Positions 8,426-17,793 are shown, numbered from the stretch's first letter. The stretch is 50,121 bases of DNA from Deltaproteobacteria bacterium (GCA_016219065.1 JACRCK010000073.1:1-50121); one strand, 5' to 3'. The notes: generated by a model from the sequence alone, not told the origin. Numbers and translations: made by a program.

Positions 8426-9865
8426 ATGGAAGCGAAAAACAAAATCAAAAATCAAAAATCAAAAAACATCAGGACGCGATCGCCGAGGATGAATAGAACT
8501 CAATCCCTGAACGCTAAAAACTTATCCCGCTGGGATCATCACTACCTGTGGCATCCTTTTACCCCCCAGCAATATTGGGAGCAGGAAAAACCGTTGATCA
8601 TCGAGCGCGGCCGGGGCTGTTACCTGTACGACGACGCCGGAAACCGCTATATCGATGGCGTTTCTTCCCTCTGGGTTACGGTTCACGGGCATACCCACCC
8701 GGCCCTGAACCGGGCCATCCGCCGCCAGTTGAACCGGATAGCCCACTCCACGCTGCTGGGCCTTTCCCACGAACCGGCGATTGTCCTGGCCCGGGACCTG
8801 GTCCGGGTGGCCCCTCCCGGACTGCAGCGCGTTTTTTATTCGGACTCCGGGTCCACGGCTGTGGAAATCGCCCTCAAGATGGCCTACCAGTACTGGGCCA
8901 ACCAGGGACAACCCCGGAAGCATTCCTTTATCCGGATGGAGAACGCCTATCACGGGGATACGGTCGGAGCCGTCAGCGTGGGGGGGATCACGCTTTTCCA
9001 TCAAGTCTATAAGCCCCTGCTGTTTAAAACCTATCCGGCCCCTTCCCCGTATTGTTACCGCTGCCCCCTGGGGAAAAAACCCGACCATTGCCGCCAGGCC
9101 TGCCTGGACCGTCTGGAACAGCTCATGGTCCGGCGCAGCGCATCGACGGCCGCCTTTATCCTGGAACCCCTGGTCCAGGGGGCGGCGGGGATGATCACCT
9201 TTCCGCCCGGATATCTCAAGCGGGCCCGAGAGTTGTGCCAACGGCACCAAATCCTGATGATCGCCGATGAGGTGGCCGTCGGCTTCGGCCGCACGGGCGC
9301 CCTCTTCGCCTGTGAACAGGAAGAAGTGACCCCCGATCTGCTGTGCGTCGGCAAGGGAATTACCGGGGGCTACCTGCCCCTGGCCGCCACCCTGACCACG
9401 GAAGGGGTGTATCAGGCCTTCCTGGGCCGGGTGGAGGAAATGAAAACTTTTTATCACGGCCATACCTATACCGGAAACCCCCTGGCCTGTGCCGCCGCCG
9501 TGGAAAACCTCCGGTTGCTGGCGGATAAAGATTTTTTCCGGAAACTGCGAAAAAAAATCGTGCGACTGGAACGCCTTCTGGTACCTTTCCGGGACCTGGC
9601 CCACGTGGGGGAAGTACGGCAGAAAGGGTTCATGGTGGGCCTTGAACTGGTCCGGGATCGGGATAAAAAAACGCCCTACCCCCCGGACCTCCGTCTGGGG
9701 CATCGGGTGATCTTGGAAGCCCGGAAATACGGGATCATCATCCGACCACTGGGAGACGTGATCGTCCTTATGCCCCCCCTGACGATACCGGAAAAGGCCT
9801 TGAAGTCCCTGGTGGATGGGACTTTCCGGGCCGTCCGGGACGTCACCGAAGCCCAGCCAAAATAA
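8426..9865 (+). CDS. bioA: Adenosylmethionine-8-amino-7-oxononanoate aminotransferase (true start possibly ATG 8489)
   Basis: LWHPFT, DGVSSLWVTVHGH, SDSGSTAVEIALK, AYHGDT, IADEVAVGFGRTG, GKGITGGYLP, HGHTYTGNP. Confidence 0.96.
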   Translation: MEAKNKIKNQKSKNIRTRSPRMNRTQSLNAKNLSRWDHHYLWHPFTPQQYWEQEKPLIIERGRGCYLYDDAGNRYIDGVSSLWVTVHGHTHPALNRAIRRQLNRIAHSTLLGLSHEPAIVLARDLVRVAPPGLQRVFYSDSGSTAVEIALKMAYQYWANQGQPRKHSFIRMENAYHGDTVGAVSVGGITLFHQVYKPLLFKTYPAPSPYCYRCPLGKKPDHCRQACLDRLEQLMVRRSASTAAFILEPLVQGAAGMITFPPGYLKRARELCQRHQILMIADEVAVGFGRTGALFACEQEEVTPDLLCVGKGITGGYLPLAATLTTEGVYQAFLGRVEEMKTFYHGHTYTGNPLACAAAVENLRLLADKDFFRKLRKKIVRLERLLVPFRDLAHVGEVRQKGFMVGLELVRDRDKKTPYPPDLRLGHRVILEARKYGIIIRPLGDVIVLMPPLTIPEKALKSLVDGTFRAVRDVTEAQPK

Positions 9866-9915
9866 TTTGAATTTTTAGGCTTAAATCCGAAATTCGAAAG
9901 TAAGCCTTTAAAATT

Positions 9916-11094
9916 ATGGCCATGACCCCCTCCCCTTTTCGGAACGTCTTTCAAGCCGAACTGGACCGTTTAAAAAAAGCGGGCCGCTACCGGTCTTTGC
10001 GGACCTTGGACAGCGGCACTGCTCCGGTTATTTCCGTGGACGGTCATTCCCGGCTGTTGTTCGCTTCCAACGACTATCTGGGACTGGCCGCCCATCCCCG
10101 GATGATTCGGGAAACCGCCCAGGCCCTGGAAAGATATGGAACCGGTATGGGAGCCTCCCGCCTGGTGGCAGGGCACCACCGGCTCCATGAACAAGTAGAA
10201 AATAAAGTGGCCGCCCTTAAAAAAACCGAAGGTGCCCTGCTGTTTTCCTCGGGGTACCTGACCCATATCGGGGTCATTCCCAGTCTGGTCGGCCCCGGGG
10301 ATCTCATCTTCAGCGACAACCTTAATCACGCCAGCCTGGTGGACGCCTGTCGTTTGTCCCGGGCCGAAATCGTGATTTATCCCCACCGGCAGGGGGATTT
10401 TATTTCCGACCGCCTGCGGCGCATCCCACCCCGGCCGGACACCCGGATTCTGATCGTTACCGACGGCGTCTTCAGTATGGACGGCGACCTGGCGCCGTTG
10501 CCGGACCTGCAGGCCCTGGCCAAAACATACGAGGCCCTGGTCCTGGTCGATGACGCCCATGCCACCGGCGTTCTGGGACCGCACGGGGAGGGCTCCACCG
10601 GTCACTGGAGAATCGATTCCAAAAATCTGCTCACCATGGGGACTTTCAGTAAGGCTTTGGGCGCCCTGGGCGGGTTTGTCGCCGGTTCGGAAATCACGAT
10701 GGATTACCTGCGCAACCAGGCCCGCACCCTTTTTTATTCCACAGCCCTGCCGCCGGCGGTCTGCGCCTCGGTCGGCTGCGCCCTGGAACTCCTGCGGGAA
10801 GAACCCGGGCTGCTCGAAGGTCTGCGCCGCAACTGCGCTTATTTCCAAAACGGCTTGCAGGCCCTGGGGATGCCGGTTCCGCCGGAGGGCATCCCCATAT
10901 TTCCGATCATCGTCGGTTCGGAAGAGCGGGCCCTGGGACTGGCTCAGGCCCTGTGGGAGCGGGACATTTATATCCCGGCCATCCGGCCCCCGACCGTCCC
11001 GCCCCACCAGTGCCGCCTGCGGATCAGCCTGATGGCCACCCATACCCGAGAACAGTTGGATATCCTCTTGACGGTTTTGCAGGGATTATTATAG
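9916..11094 (+). CDS. bioF: 8-amino-7-oxononanoate synthase
   Basis: FASNDYLGLA, NHASLVD, DGVFSMDGD, DDAHATG, TFSKALG, AIRPPTVP. Confidence 0.95.
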   Translation: MAMTPSPFRNVFQAELDRLKKAGRYRSLRTLDSGTAPVISVDGHSRLLFASNDYLGLAAHPRMIRETAQALERYGTGMGASRLVAGHHRLHEQVENKVAALKKTEGALLFSSGYLTHIGVIPSLVGPGDLIFSDNLNHASLVDACRLSRAEIVIYPHRQGDFISDRLRRIPPRPDTRILIVTDGVFSMDGDLAPLPDLQALAKTYEALVLVDDAHATGVLGPHGEGSTGHWRIDSKNLLTMGTFSKALGALGGFVAGSEITMDYLRNQARTLFYSTALPPAVCASVGCALELLREEPGLLEGLRRNCAYFQNGLQALGMPVPPEGIPIFPIIVGSEERALGLAQALWERDIYIPAIRPPTVPPHQCRLRISLMATHTREQLDILLTVLQGLL

Positions 11095-11229
11095 TCAATG
11101 GAATCCTTAAATTCGAAATCCGGAACAAAAAACGATGTTTTGAATTTTGAATTTCGGTCATTTGGATTTGTTTCGAATTTCGAATTTCGAATTTCGGATT
11201 TAGCTTAGAATTTTTCAGCTTGAGGTATC

Positions 11230-12069
11230 ATGATCAACACCCTTAGAAACACCCCGGGTCTCTTCATCACCGGCACCGACACCGATGTTGGGAAAACCAT
11301 CATCGCCGCCGGTCTGGTCATCGCCCTGAGGAAACAGGGCCTGGACTGCGGCTATTTTAAGCCGGTGGCCAGCGGTGCCGTCAAAACCGGGGCCGGATTG
11401 ATGTCCCCGGATCTCCGGCTGATCCTGAACACTACCGGACTGATGGACCCCCCGCCGCTGATGAACCCCATCTGCCTGGTTCCACCCCTGGCCCCGCTGC
11501 CGGCCGCGGAAATGACCGGAGTCAAGTGGGGCTGGCCGGAAATCGCCCGGCCCTATGCTTTGCTTCAAAGCTATCACGATTTTCTGGTCGTGGAGGGCGT
11601 CGGCGGCGTGCTGGTGCCCCTGAAGAAAAAATTCCTGGTGATCGATCTGATCAAAAGGTTGGACCTGCCCGTGCTGGTGGTGGCCCGCCCCAATCTGGGG
11701 ACCATCAACCACACCCTGCTGACCCTGACTGTTCTGAAACAACATAATGTCGAAGTCCTGGGGTTCCTCTTCAACGGCCAGAAAGACCGACCCGGCTTGG
11801 CCGAGAAAACCGCCCCGGACATCATCCGGTCCTTTTCCGGTGTCCCCTACTGGGGATCGATCCCCTGGGATAATAAAGTCTCGGAAGAACAGTTCCGTTT
11901 GGGCTCTATCCCCGCCCGATCTGGTAAATTGTTAGCCGATAATTTCAGAAACTTTTTGGGTCAAATTCGAAATCCGAAATCGACTCGGCTGAGCCTTTTC
12001 GACGAGCTCAAGGCCCTGAGTGTGTCGAAGGGCTCGTCGCAGGCCGAAATTCGAAACAAATTCAAATGA
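11230..12069 (+). CDS. bioD: Dethiobiotin synthetase
   Basis: FITGTDTDVGKT, KPVASG, VEGVGG, LGTINHTLLT. The C-terminal ~35 aa are read from repeat DNA. Confidence 0.94.
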   Translation: MINTLRNTPGLFITGTDTDVGKTIIAAGLVIALRKQGLDCGYFKPVASGAVKTGAGLMSPDLRLILNTTGLMDPPPLMNPICLVPPLAPLPAAEMTGVKWGWPEIARPYALLQSYHDFLVVEGVGGVLVPLKKKFLVIDLIKRLDLPVLVVARPNLGTINHTLLTLTVLKQHNVEVLGFLFNGQKDRPGLAEKTAPDIIRSFSGVPYWGSIPWDNKVSEEQFRLGSIPARSGKLLADNFRNFLGQIRNPKSTRLSLFDELKALSVSKGSSQAEIRNKFK

Positions 12070-12193
12070 CCGAAATTCCAATCACCGAAACCTCTCCCCC
12101 TCCCACGCCTAAGGCATGGCTCCGGGGGCCGGGGGTGGGTGAAACCCCGAGATCTTTGACCATGCCGGCTTCACCACCTTCTATTGCACGTCT

Positions 12194-12463
12194 ATGAAGA
12201 TATACCTCACATTTTTGGAAGGAACCGCAATCTGTGCCCGCCAGGGCCTGAAAAAGATCGAGCTGGAATTCGAAGGAAGCACTCTAGGTGAACTGCTGGC
12301 CGCTCTTCCCGCCATGTTGGGCATGGAGGTGGGGAAGGATTTGAGCGAGCCGGCCCTGCAGTTGGTCATCAACGGCCGTATCCTCACCGCGCCTTTTGAC
12401 CCGGAGCAGCCGTTACATCCGGGTGACCGGCTATCCTTCCTGACTGCCCTGGACGGAGGATGA
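12194..12463 (+). CDS. MoaD/ThiS family sulfur-carrier (ubiquitin-like) protein
   Basis: 89 aa, LVING, GDRLSF, C-terminal Gly-Gly. Confidence 0.8.
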   Translation: MKIYLTFLEGTAICARQGLKKIELEFEGSTLGELLAALPAMLGMEVGKDLSEPALQLVINGRILTAPFDPEQPLHPGDRLSFLTALDGG

Positions 12464-12539
12464 ACCGGTAGAATAATCTTGACAATCTTTTGTTGCTTTT
12501 TGGATACTTAAGGAAACTCAAATCTAAAAAGAGGATGCC

Positions 12540-13118
12540 ATGGCTTCCCCCGCCGAGAAAAATCGGAAATTTACCTACCAGGACTACCTGGGATGGGACG
12601 ATAATGAACGTTGGGAACTTATTGACGGCGAGGTCTATAACATGACTCCCGCCCCATCCAGAGCTCACCAAGAAATACTCGGGGCTTTGTTTAATACCTT
12701 TTATAACTACTTATCCGATCGATCCTGTAAAGTCTACGTGGCCCCCTTTGATGTCAGGCTCCCCGAAAGTGATCAAACCGAAATGGACGTCATCAACGTG
12801 GTCCAACCCGATCTGACCGTTGTCTGCGATCCTTCCAAATTGGACGAAAAAGGCTGCCAAGGCAGCCCGGACCTGATTGTAGAAATCATTTCTCCCTCCA
12901 CCGCAGCTCACGACTACATTAAAAAGCTTGCTCTCTATGAACGCCGGCAGGTCCCAGAATACTGGGTTGTCCATCCTGTCGACAAAACGGTGATGGTTTT
13001 CCTGTTAACGGATAATCGGGAATATGGAAAGCCGCGTATTTACGCCGGCGAGGATCCAGTTCCGGTAACACTGTTCCCGGACCTGGTCATCGAATTGAAA
13101 AAGATTTTCGCGGAATGA
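12540..13118 (+). CDS. Uma2 family (DUF820) endonuclease-like protein
   Basis: ELIDGEVYNMTPAP..HQ, VQPDLTVVCD, PDLIVEIISPST..D...K..LY, VPEYWVV. A TTGACA lies at 12479 upstream. Confidence 0.9.
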   Translation: MASPAEKNRKFTYQDYLGWDDNERWELIDGEVYNMTPAPSRAHQEILGALFNTFYNYLSDRSCKVYVAPFDVRLPESDQTEMDVINVVQPDLTVVCDPSKLDEKGCQGSPDLIVEIISPSTAAHDYIKKLALYERRQVPEYWVVHPVDKTVMVFLLTDNREYGKPRIYAGEDPVPVTLFPDLVIELKKIFAE

Positions 13119-13148
13119 TTTTTTGCCGCAGGCTGAAGGGGACCCAAA

Positions 13149-13688
13149 ATGGACATTAATCAACTCCCGCCGGATTTGCAGGAAACCGTCCGCTTCCACG
13201 GGCACCTCTGCCCGGGCCTGCTCATCGGCTACCGGGCCGCGCAGGCGGCCCTGGAAAAACTGGGGGCGACCCGCTCGGAAGACGAGGAACTGGTGGCCGT
13301 GGTGGAAAACCAGAGCTGCAGCGTCGACGCCGTACAGGTCCTCTCCGGCTGCACCTTCGGCAAAGGCAATCTCTTTTTCCTGGATTATGGAAAACAGGTT
13401 TTTACGATCGGATCGCGCAAATCCGGGAAAGCGGTCAGGGTCGCCCTGCGGGGAGACCTGATCAAGCCGACCGGTCCCGACGGCCGGACCGACCGGGGAA
13501 AATTCATCGCGCAGCTTTTGAACGATCCCCTGGAGGCACTCTACAGGGTTTCGGAACCCCAATTCGAATTCCCCGCCGAGGCGCAGATTTTTCCCACCCT
13601 CGTCTGCAGCCGCTGCGGCGAAGGAGTCATGGAAACCCGCACCGTCACCCGCGACGGCCGCCTCTACTGCCTACCCTGCAGCCGTTGA
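13149..13688 (+). CDS. FmdE family protein with C-terminal C4 zinc finger
   Basis: FHGHLCPGLLIG, SCSVDAVQVLSGCTFGKGN, CSRCGE...YCLPC. Confidence 0.88.
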   Translation: MDINQLPPDLQETVRFHGHLCPGLLIGYRAAQAALEKLGATRSEDEELVAVVENQSCSVDAVQVLSGCTFGKGNLFFLDYGKQVFTIGSRKSGKAVRVALRGDLIKPTGPDGRTDRGKFIAQLLNDPLEALYRVSEPQFEFPAEAQIFPTLVCSRCGEGVMETRTVTRDGRLYCLPCSR

Positions 13689-13837
13689 CGATGCGGATCG
13701 GGTGATCCAGTCAGAGCTACTGACCCCTCAAAGGGGGCGAAAAAATACGAATATTTTATTGGGCTGAACTTTTAGGATAATTAATCTATCCGGCAATCTC
13801 TTATTAACGGTCTCATATTAGAATAGACCTGAGAGGT

Positions 13838-14005
13838 CTGGATTCCGGCCTTCGCCGGAATGACGGAAATAGCATAAAACCTATACGAATTGGTCATTTC
13901 GATGGAGTCGGAAAGAGCCACGGAAGGTGAAATCTTCCACTGGACAAATTTCCCTTTCTCCCCCTTTAGTAAAGGGGGGCGGGGGGGATTTAAAAAGATT
14001 CCCAA
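13838..14005. repeat. Cluster of REP-like palindromes at the distal end of the cassette array
   Basis: ctggattccggccttcgccggaatgacg (dRS3-like, 13838-13865), gtcatttcga...gaaatct, and cccctttagtaaagggggg...gattt (related copy at ~22932-22967). Confidence 0.7.
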
Positions 14006-14010
14006 CCCAT

Positions 14011-14550
14011 TTAGTGAACTTTTTTTCTAAAACATTCAAGTTTACTTTCCCCCGCGACAACATCCCGCATCGAAACTTTCACGGCCTCGCGCCCCTGCAC
14101 GTCGTAACAACTGCACGTTGCCGCTCCCGCATCCCTGGGCGGCCTGCCGCTGCCGGTAAATCCCTGGTCCCGGCAGAACTCGGAGCACAACACATCATCG
14201 GACTTTGTTCCTATGTTCCCCACCAACCACTGCTGCGAAACGACAAGCAGCACCAGCAGCGCCGTTGCACCCGCCGAAGCCATCACGTGCTTGACGTTCA
14301 GGGCCGCCTGCTCTTCTTGCTTTTTGCCGAAAACATACGCAGCGGACATGAAGGCCACCGACAGCGTCACGGAGGTAAAAACCAGCATAACCGTCAGCAT
14401 GTTGCCGGCAGACGGGGGCCAAGGACTGTCCCCAAAAACAAAAATCCAGAGAATACCAGCCGCCGCTCCGGACAGTAGCAAGGAAATAATGGTGGAGGCG
14501 AGCAAGGCGGGTACACCGAACAGCAAGACGTACAAATACCTTCTTTTCAT
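14011..14550 (-). CDS. Hypothetical membrane protein (gene cassette)
   Basis: Start MKRRYLYVLLFG at ATG 14550, after a GTTAGGC core site. Three to four hydrophobic segments and a Cys-rich C-terminus. Confidence 0.7.
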   Translation of the reverse strand: MKRRYLYVLLFGVPALLASTIISLLLSGAAAGILWIFVFGDSPWPPSAGNMLTVMLVFTSVTLSVAFMSAAYVFGKKQEEQAALNVKHVMASAGATALLVLLVVSQQWLVGNIGTKSDDVLCSEFCRDQGFTGSGRPPRDAGAATCSCYDVQGREAVKVSMRDVVAGESKLECFRKKVH

Positions 14551-14606
14551 CGCGGTCTTCTGATTTAGGGTTAGATTCGGCATCGTAAGTAACCACCGGT
14601 TGTATG

Positions 14607-14669
14607 GCCTAACGAAAAAATCCCCCTCTTGAGGCCCGAGGTCCGAAGGAGTTGCTTTTTTCATTGGGA
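14607..14669 (-). other. Degenerate attC-like site
   Basis: Minus strand: TCCCAAT gaaaaaa...ttttttc GTTAGGC. R'' is mutated, R' is canonical, and the ends pair. Confidence 0.55.
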
Positions 14670-14739
14670 GTGTCTTTTTTAATGGCGCGCCGATTTGTTT
14701 CCGCTGTTGTCGAGGACTTACCCTTTTGTCTTACCGTGA

Positions 14740-15216
14740 CTACTGCTTTACCCGCTTCCAGGTGTGCCAGATATGTCCGGATCCCGCTTTGGTGCCGAAC
14801 TTCTTGGGCACCGTCGAGCCCGCAGGATCGAAGCAAATCTTGTACTGGTCGGGCCCCTCGAACTCATAGATCGCGATCGTGGTGGTGCCGGCGTTCGGAC
14901 CGGCGGTACGAACCCAGTGCATTTCCTTAGGATGCTTCGTTATGTCCAGTTTCGCGATCGTCGCCACGATGGTGTCCTTATGCTGGTGCGGAGTGATCAC
15001 CTCGACCTTTTCACCAACAAAGGTGATCCGACTTCGTTTGACATGGGTGTCCTGCACTTTTTTTCCGTCCATCTCCGCTGAGATCATCACCCAGGTCCCC
15101 TGAAACTTCTTCAGTTCCGCATCGGCACTCTGTCCTTGGGCCTGTGCGGCAGCAATCGTCCAGACCGACCACACCAGCGAAATAACGGTTACCATTACGA
15201 AATTTCTTGAACGCAT
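14740..15216 (-). CDS. Secreted TIGR03067-domain protein
   Basis: Signal peptide, then AELKKFQGTW...DGK...KLD...PKEM...AIYEFEG...KICF. AAGGAG RBS. Confidence 0.8.
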   Translation of the reverse strand: MRSRNFVMVTVISLVWSVWTIAAAQAQGQSADAELKKFQGTWVMISAEMDGKKVQDTHVKRSRITFVGEKVEVITPHQHKDTIVATIAKLDITKHPKEMHWVRTAGPNAGTTTIAIYEFEGPDQYKICFDPAGSTVPKKFGTKAGSGHIWHTWKRVKQ

Positions 15217-15251
15217 AACTCTCTCCTTTTCTTTGAATTGGTTCAGCGAGG

Positions 15252-15983
15252 TTATTTCTCGGCCTTATCCAAATCCTGTTTCGTGTCCCGGTGAAAGTCC
15301 CAGGTCAAATAGTCCAGGCTCATGGGTAAAGCCAGTTCTAAAGTCGATATCAGTTGCACGCCTACCCGCACCTTGCTTGGCCGACATTCCAGTAAATGGC
15401 CGCCCCGTTGCCGGTCGGCCGACAAAAAATGGAGATGCAATCCCGGCACATTCAGCGAACCCATAAAGGCCGGTGTGAAGAAGCCCACCAGACTGCCCTC
15501 AATATCCGTAAACGTGAAGACCGATTGCTCTTTCGCGACTTCCACCAGCGGTCGGTAATTTTCTTGCTTCGGCACCGAACGGACGCGCAGCGCTGCAAAT
15601 CGTCCCTCCACCCGAAGCGCATAAAAGATGTTGGGCGACGGCAGCAATCCTTCCAGCCATTGCTGAAAAACCGGATACGACAGTTCGGTGTCCAACGCAT
15701 CATGGCTAAAGGGCTGATAAAACGTAACACAGACAAACGGGGTCAAGGCCTGTTCGTCCACTTCCTGGACACGCCCCTCGGCGGTGATGCGATAGATTTG
15801 CCCGTCGAGCATGACCATCTCGCCGTCCAAATTATCAAAGGTGCCCAGCCCAAAGTCCCCATGTTGTTTGACCTGGGTGAAGGGGATCTTTTCCTCGTAA
15901 ATGCCCTCCACCAGGGCATTGACCGGAGCGCACAGATAGACCCGACCCGGGTTCAAAAGTGCAGGCTTTTTTTTAGGTTTCAT
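15252..15983 (-). CDS. budA: Alpha-acetolactate decarboxylase
   Basis: HGDFGLGTFDNLDGEMVMLDG, RVRSVPKQ, NVPGLHLHF, GGHLL. Start moved to ATG 15983 (243 aa) because the upstream part overlaps the GNAT gene. Confidence 0.9.
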   Translation of the reverse strand: MKPKKKPALLNPGRVYLCAPVNALVEGIYEEKIPFTQVKQHGDFGLGTFDNLDGEMVMLDGQIYRITAEGRVQEVDEQALTPFVCVTFYQPFSHDALDTELSYPVFQQWLEGLLPSPNIFYALRVEGRFAALRVRSVPKQENYRPLVEVAKEQSVFTFTDIEGSLVGFFTPAFMGSLNVPGLHLHFLSADRQRGGHLLECRPSKVRVGVQLISTLELALPMSLDYLTWDFHRDTKQDLDKAEK

Positions 15984-15990
15984 AAGGCTG

Positions 15991-16527
15991 TTAAGCGTCG
16001 TCTGCACCCTCTTGTCGGCCATCCGCTTTGAACCCTTCATGGAAAGCGACCATGCCCTGCGGAGGTTGCCCGTCGAAAGGTAGAGCAAAGAAGAACTCTG
16101 GTGGCGCTCCCTCATACCCAAGGTCAGACGGGTTTGTGAACCCGAATTTCCTGTAGTAATCCGGATGCCCTACGAGACAACATCCTTGAGCTTTCATGGC
16201 TTTCAGACGGGACAACCCCTCCTGTATCAGCGCTTTACCGATACCCTGCCGCTGATATGCCGGCAGCACCGAAACCGGTCCAAGTCCATACCAGTTCGAG
16301 GTGCCATCGGAAATGGTCAGGGGAGAAAAAGCAATATGTCCTATCACTCGGCCATCCATTGCTGCAACCAGCGATACCGTAAGCGCTTTGGCGGCCCGCA
16401 GCGCCTCGATGATGAACTGCTCCGTGTGGTTGCTAAGTTCCAAGGTCTTGAACGCTGCGATAGTCACCTCGGTTATCGCGCAAACATCGTTAGGCGTCTC
16501 GTTCCTGATAACATTCTTTGAATTCAT
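15991..16527 (-). CDS. GNAT N-acetyltransferase (YhbS-like)
   Basis: VIGHIAFSP, GLGPVSVLPAYQRQGIGKALI, LVGHPDYYRKFGF. Start ATG 16527 after a GAGGA RBS. Confidence 0.9.
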   Translation of the reverse strand: MNSKNVIRNETPNDVCAITEVTIAAFKTLELSNHTEQFIIEALRAAKALTVSLVAAMDGRVIGHIAFSPLTISDGTSNWYGLGPVSVLPAYQRQGIGKALIQEGLSRLKAMKAQGCCLVGHPDYYRKFGFTNPSDLGYEGAPPEFFFALPFDGQPPQGMVAFHEGFKADGRQEGADDA

Positions 16528-16551
16528 AGTTTCCCATTCCTCTTTCTTGCA

Positions 16552-16607
16552 GGCCAACGGCAAGTTCACCGGGAGCGAAACAAATCCGGTGAAACGACCG
16601 GTTGGGC
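16552..16607 (-). other. attC site (integron cassette recombination site)
   Basis: Minus strand: R'' GCCCAAC - cggtcgt - L'' TTCACCGG - loop - L' CCGGTGAA - cttgcc - R' GTTGGCC. 56 bp, just after a stop codon and before the next RBS. Confidence 0.85.
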
Positions 16608-16623
16608 AATACAGTAAGCCGGC

Positions 16624-17163
16624 CTAGTGCTGTTTCCCCAGTATGTCTTTATTCTTGGATATCCCTCTCTTTCCTGTCATCTGCTCAATTTCGATTTTCA
16701 TGAGGGTCGTCTTTTTCATTGATCTTTCTACATATCTGATTCCATCCGTTTCATACTGGCGGCATTGACTTATATCTAGAAACTTCTTCAAGAAAGCAAT
16801 TAATACTTCCGATTTCTCCTTGCCGACTACTTCCATAGCTTTTCCAAATATTACTACACTATTGAAATTTGTATCGAAGCCGTCAAATCCGATATCATTG
16901 TCGGAAATTATTGGAACAACCCTTACATCCGTCACAATGTTAAATGACACGTTTTTGCAGTTCGCTATATTATCGAGTTTATGGCCTACTAATGCACAAT
17001 GAAAATAGATACTACCATTATAAAAAATATAGTTCACAGCAACTGCATATGGGTAGCCATCAGATCCCATTGTGGCCAAAGTTCCATACTCGGCCTTTGT
17101 TAAAATCTTGTTGCATTCTTCAATAGTTAACTGCTTTTCCTTTCTTCGGATTTCCCTGAACAT
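16624..17163 (-). CDS. Pyridoxamine 5'-phosphate oxidase-like / NimA-family flavin-binding protein
   Basis: MFREIRRKEKQL, YGTLA..DGYPYAV, IYFHCALVGHKLDNI, SVVIFGKA, MTGK. Markedly AT-rich. Confidence 0.88.
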   Translation of the reverse strand: MFREIRRKEKQLTIEECNKILTKAEYGTLATMGSDGYPYAVAVNYIFYNGSIYFHCALVGHKLDNIANCKNVSFNIVTDVRVVPIISDNDIGFDGFDTNFNSVVIFGKAMEVVGKEKSEVLIAFLKKFLDISQCRQYETDGIRYVERSMKKTTLMKIEIEQMTGKRGISKNKDILGKQH

Positions 17164-17196
17164 GAATTCTCCTCATTTGATGTTGGGGCTTTCCCT

Positions 17197-17433
17197 TCAT
17201 TCTTTCCGCGTTGTTCGACGCGTGAATGGCCACTCCAGTGGGCGTCCCCGCGCAGCACCAATTCCAAAGAGTACGCCCACCCCGAGTGCGCCGGACACGA
17301 CAAGCCCAAGACGCCAGTGCATCTGCGCCCCGGCGATCACGAGACCGATTGCTCCGCCAATGGTCCACAAGGTGGCAAGACCCCACGCCGCCACCTTGTC
17401 CACTTTGCTGAATGTTCCTCTTCTTATCACCAC
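17197..17433 (-). CDS. Small hypothetical membrane protein (cassette)
   Basis: 78 aa with two hydrophobic helices; lies between a GTTGGGG core site and a GCCCCAAC box. Confidence 0.6.
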   Translation of the reverse strand: MVIRRGTFSKVDKVAAWGLATLWTIGGAIGLVIAGAQMHWRLGLVVSGALGVGVLFGIGAARGRPLEWPFTRRTTRKE

Positions 17434-17443
17434 ACCATTCCAT

Positions 17444-17491
17444 CCCCAACGCTCCGAATCTCGGGCGGCAAAGCCTTGCCGGGCGGTTTAC
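17444..17491 (-). other. Partial attC (right half)
   Basis: Minus strand: cggcaaggctttgccg hairpin, then gagattcggagc GTTGGGG. No clear R''/L''. Confidence 0.5.
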
Positions 17492-17767
17492 TCATTTCTG
17501 AATCTGGTCTGACTCTGATCTCAGCCCTTGGCCTCGTGGGGTCTTGACTGCCAGGGCCAGGGCGAGAACTCCAAGCACGCCGAGCAGCGCCGCCCCCATG
17601 GTCGAGAGGATGCCGGAAAAGGCGGCAATGGCAAGCAGAAAAACACCGGCAACGACGCGAACGGCCCTGCTGCGAACGAGACAGGCAGCCACAAAGGCCA
17701 CAACCCCGGTGCCGACGAGGAGGGCAGCGAGAAGCGAAAGCTGGAAGGCAATGCCAGAGTCACCCAT
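17492..17767 (-). CDS. Small hypothetical membrane protein (cassette)
   Basis: 91 aa with three hydrophobic segments; GAGGA RBS directly after an attC. Confidence 0.65.
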   Translation of the reverse strand: MGDSGIAFQLSLLAALLVGTGVVAFVAACLVRSRAVRVVAGVFLLAIAAFSGILSTMGAALLGVLGVLALALAVKTPRGQGLRSESDQIQK

Positions 17768-17793
17768 GGCTATTCCTCTCTTTCATTTCGCGG

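Noticed and set aside
15984-16121. N-terminal extension of budA given by the ORF track
   Set aside because: It overlaps the GNAT gene. Homology starts near ATG 15983.
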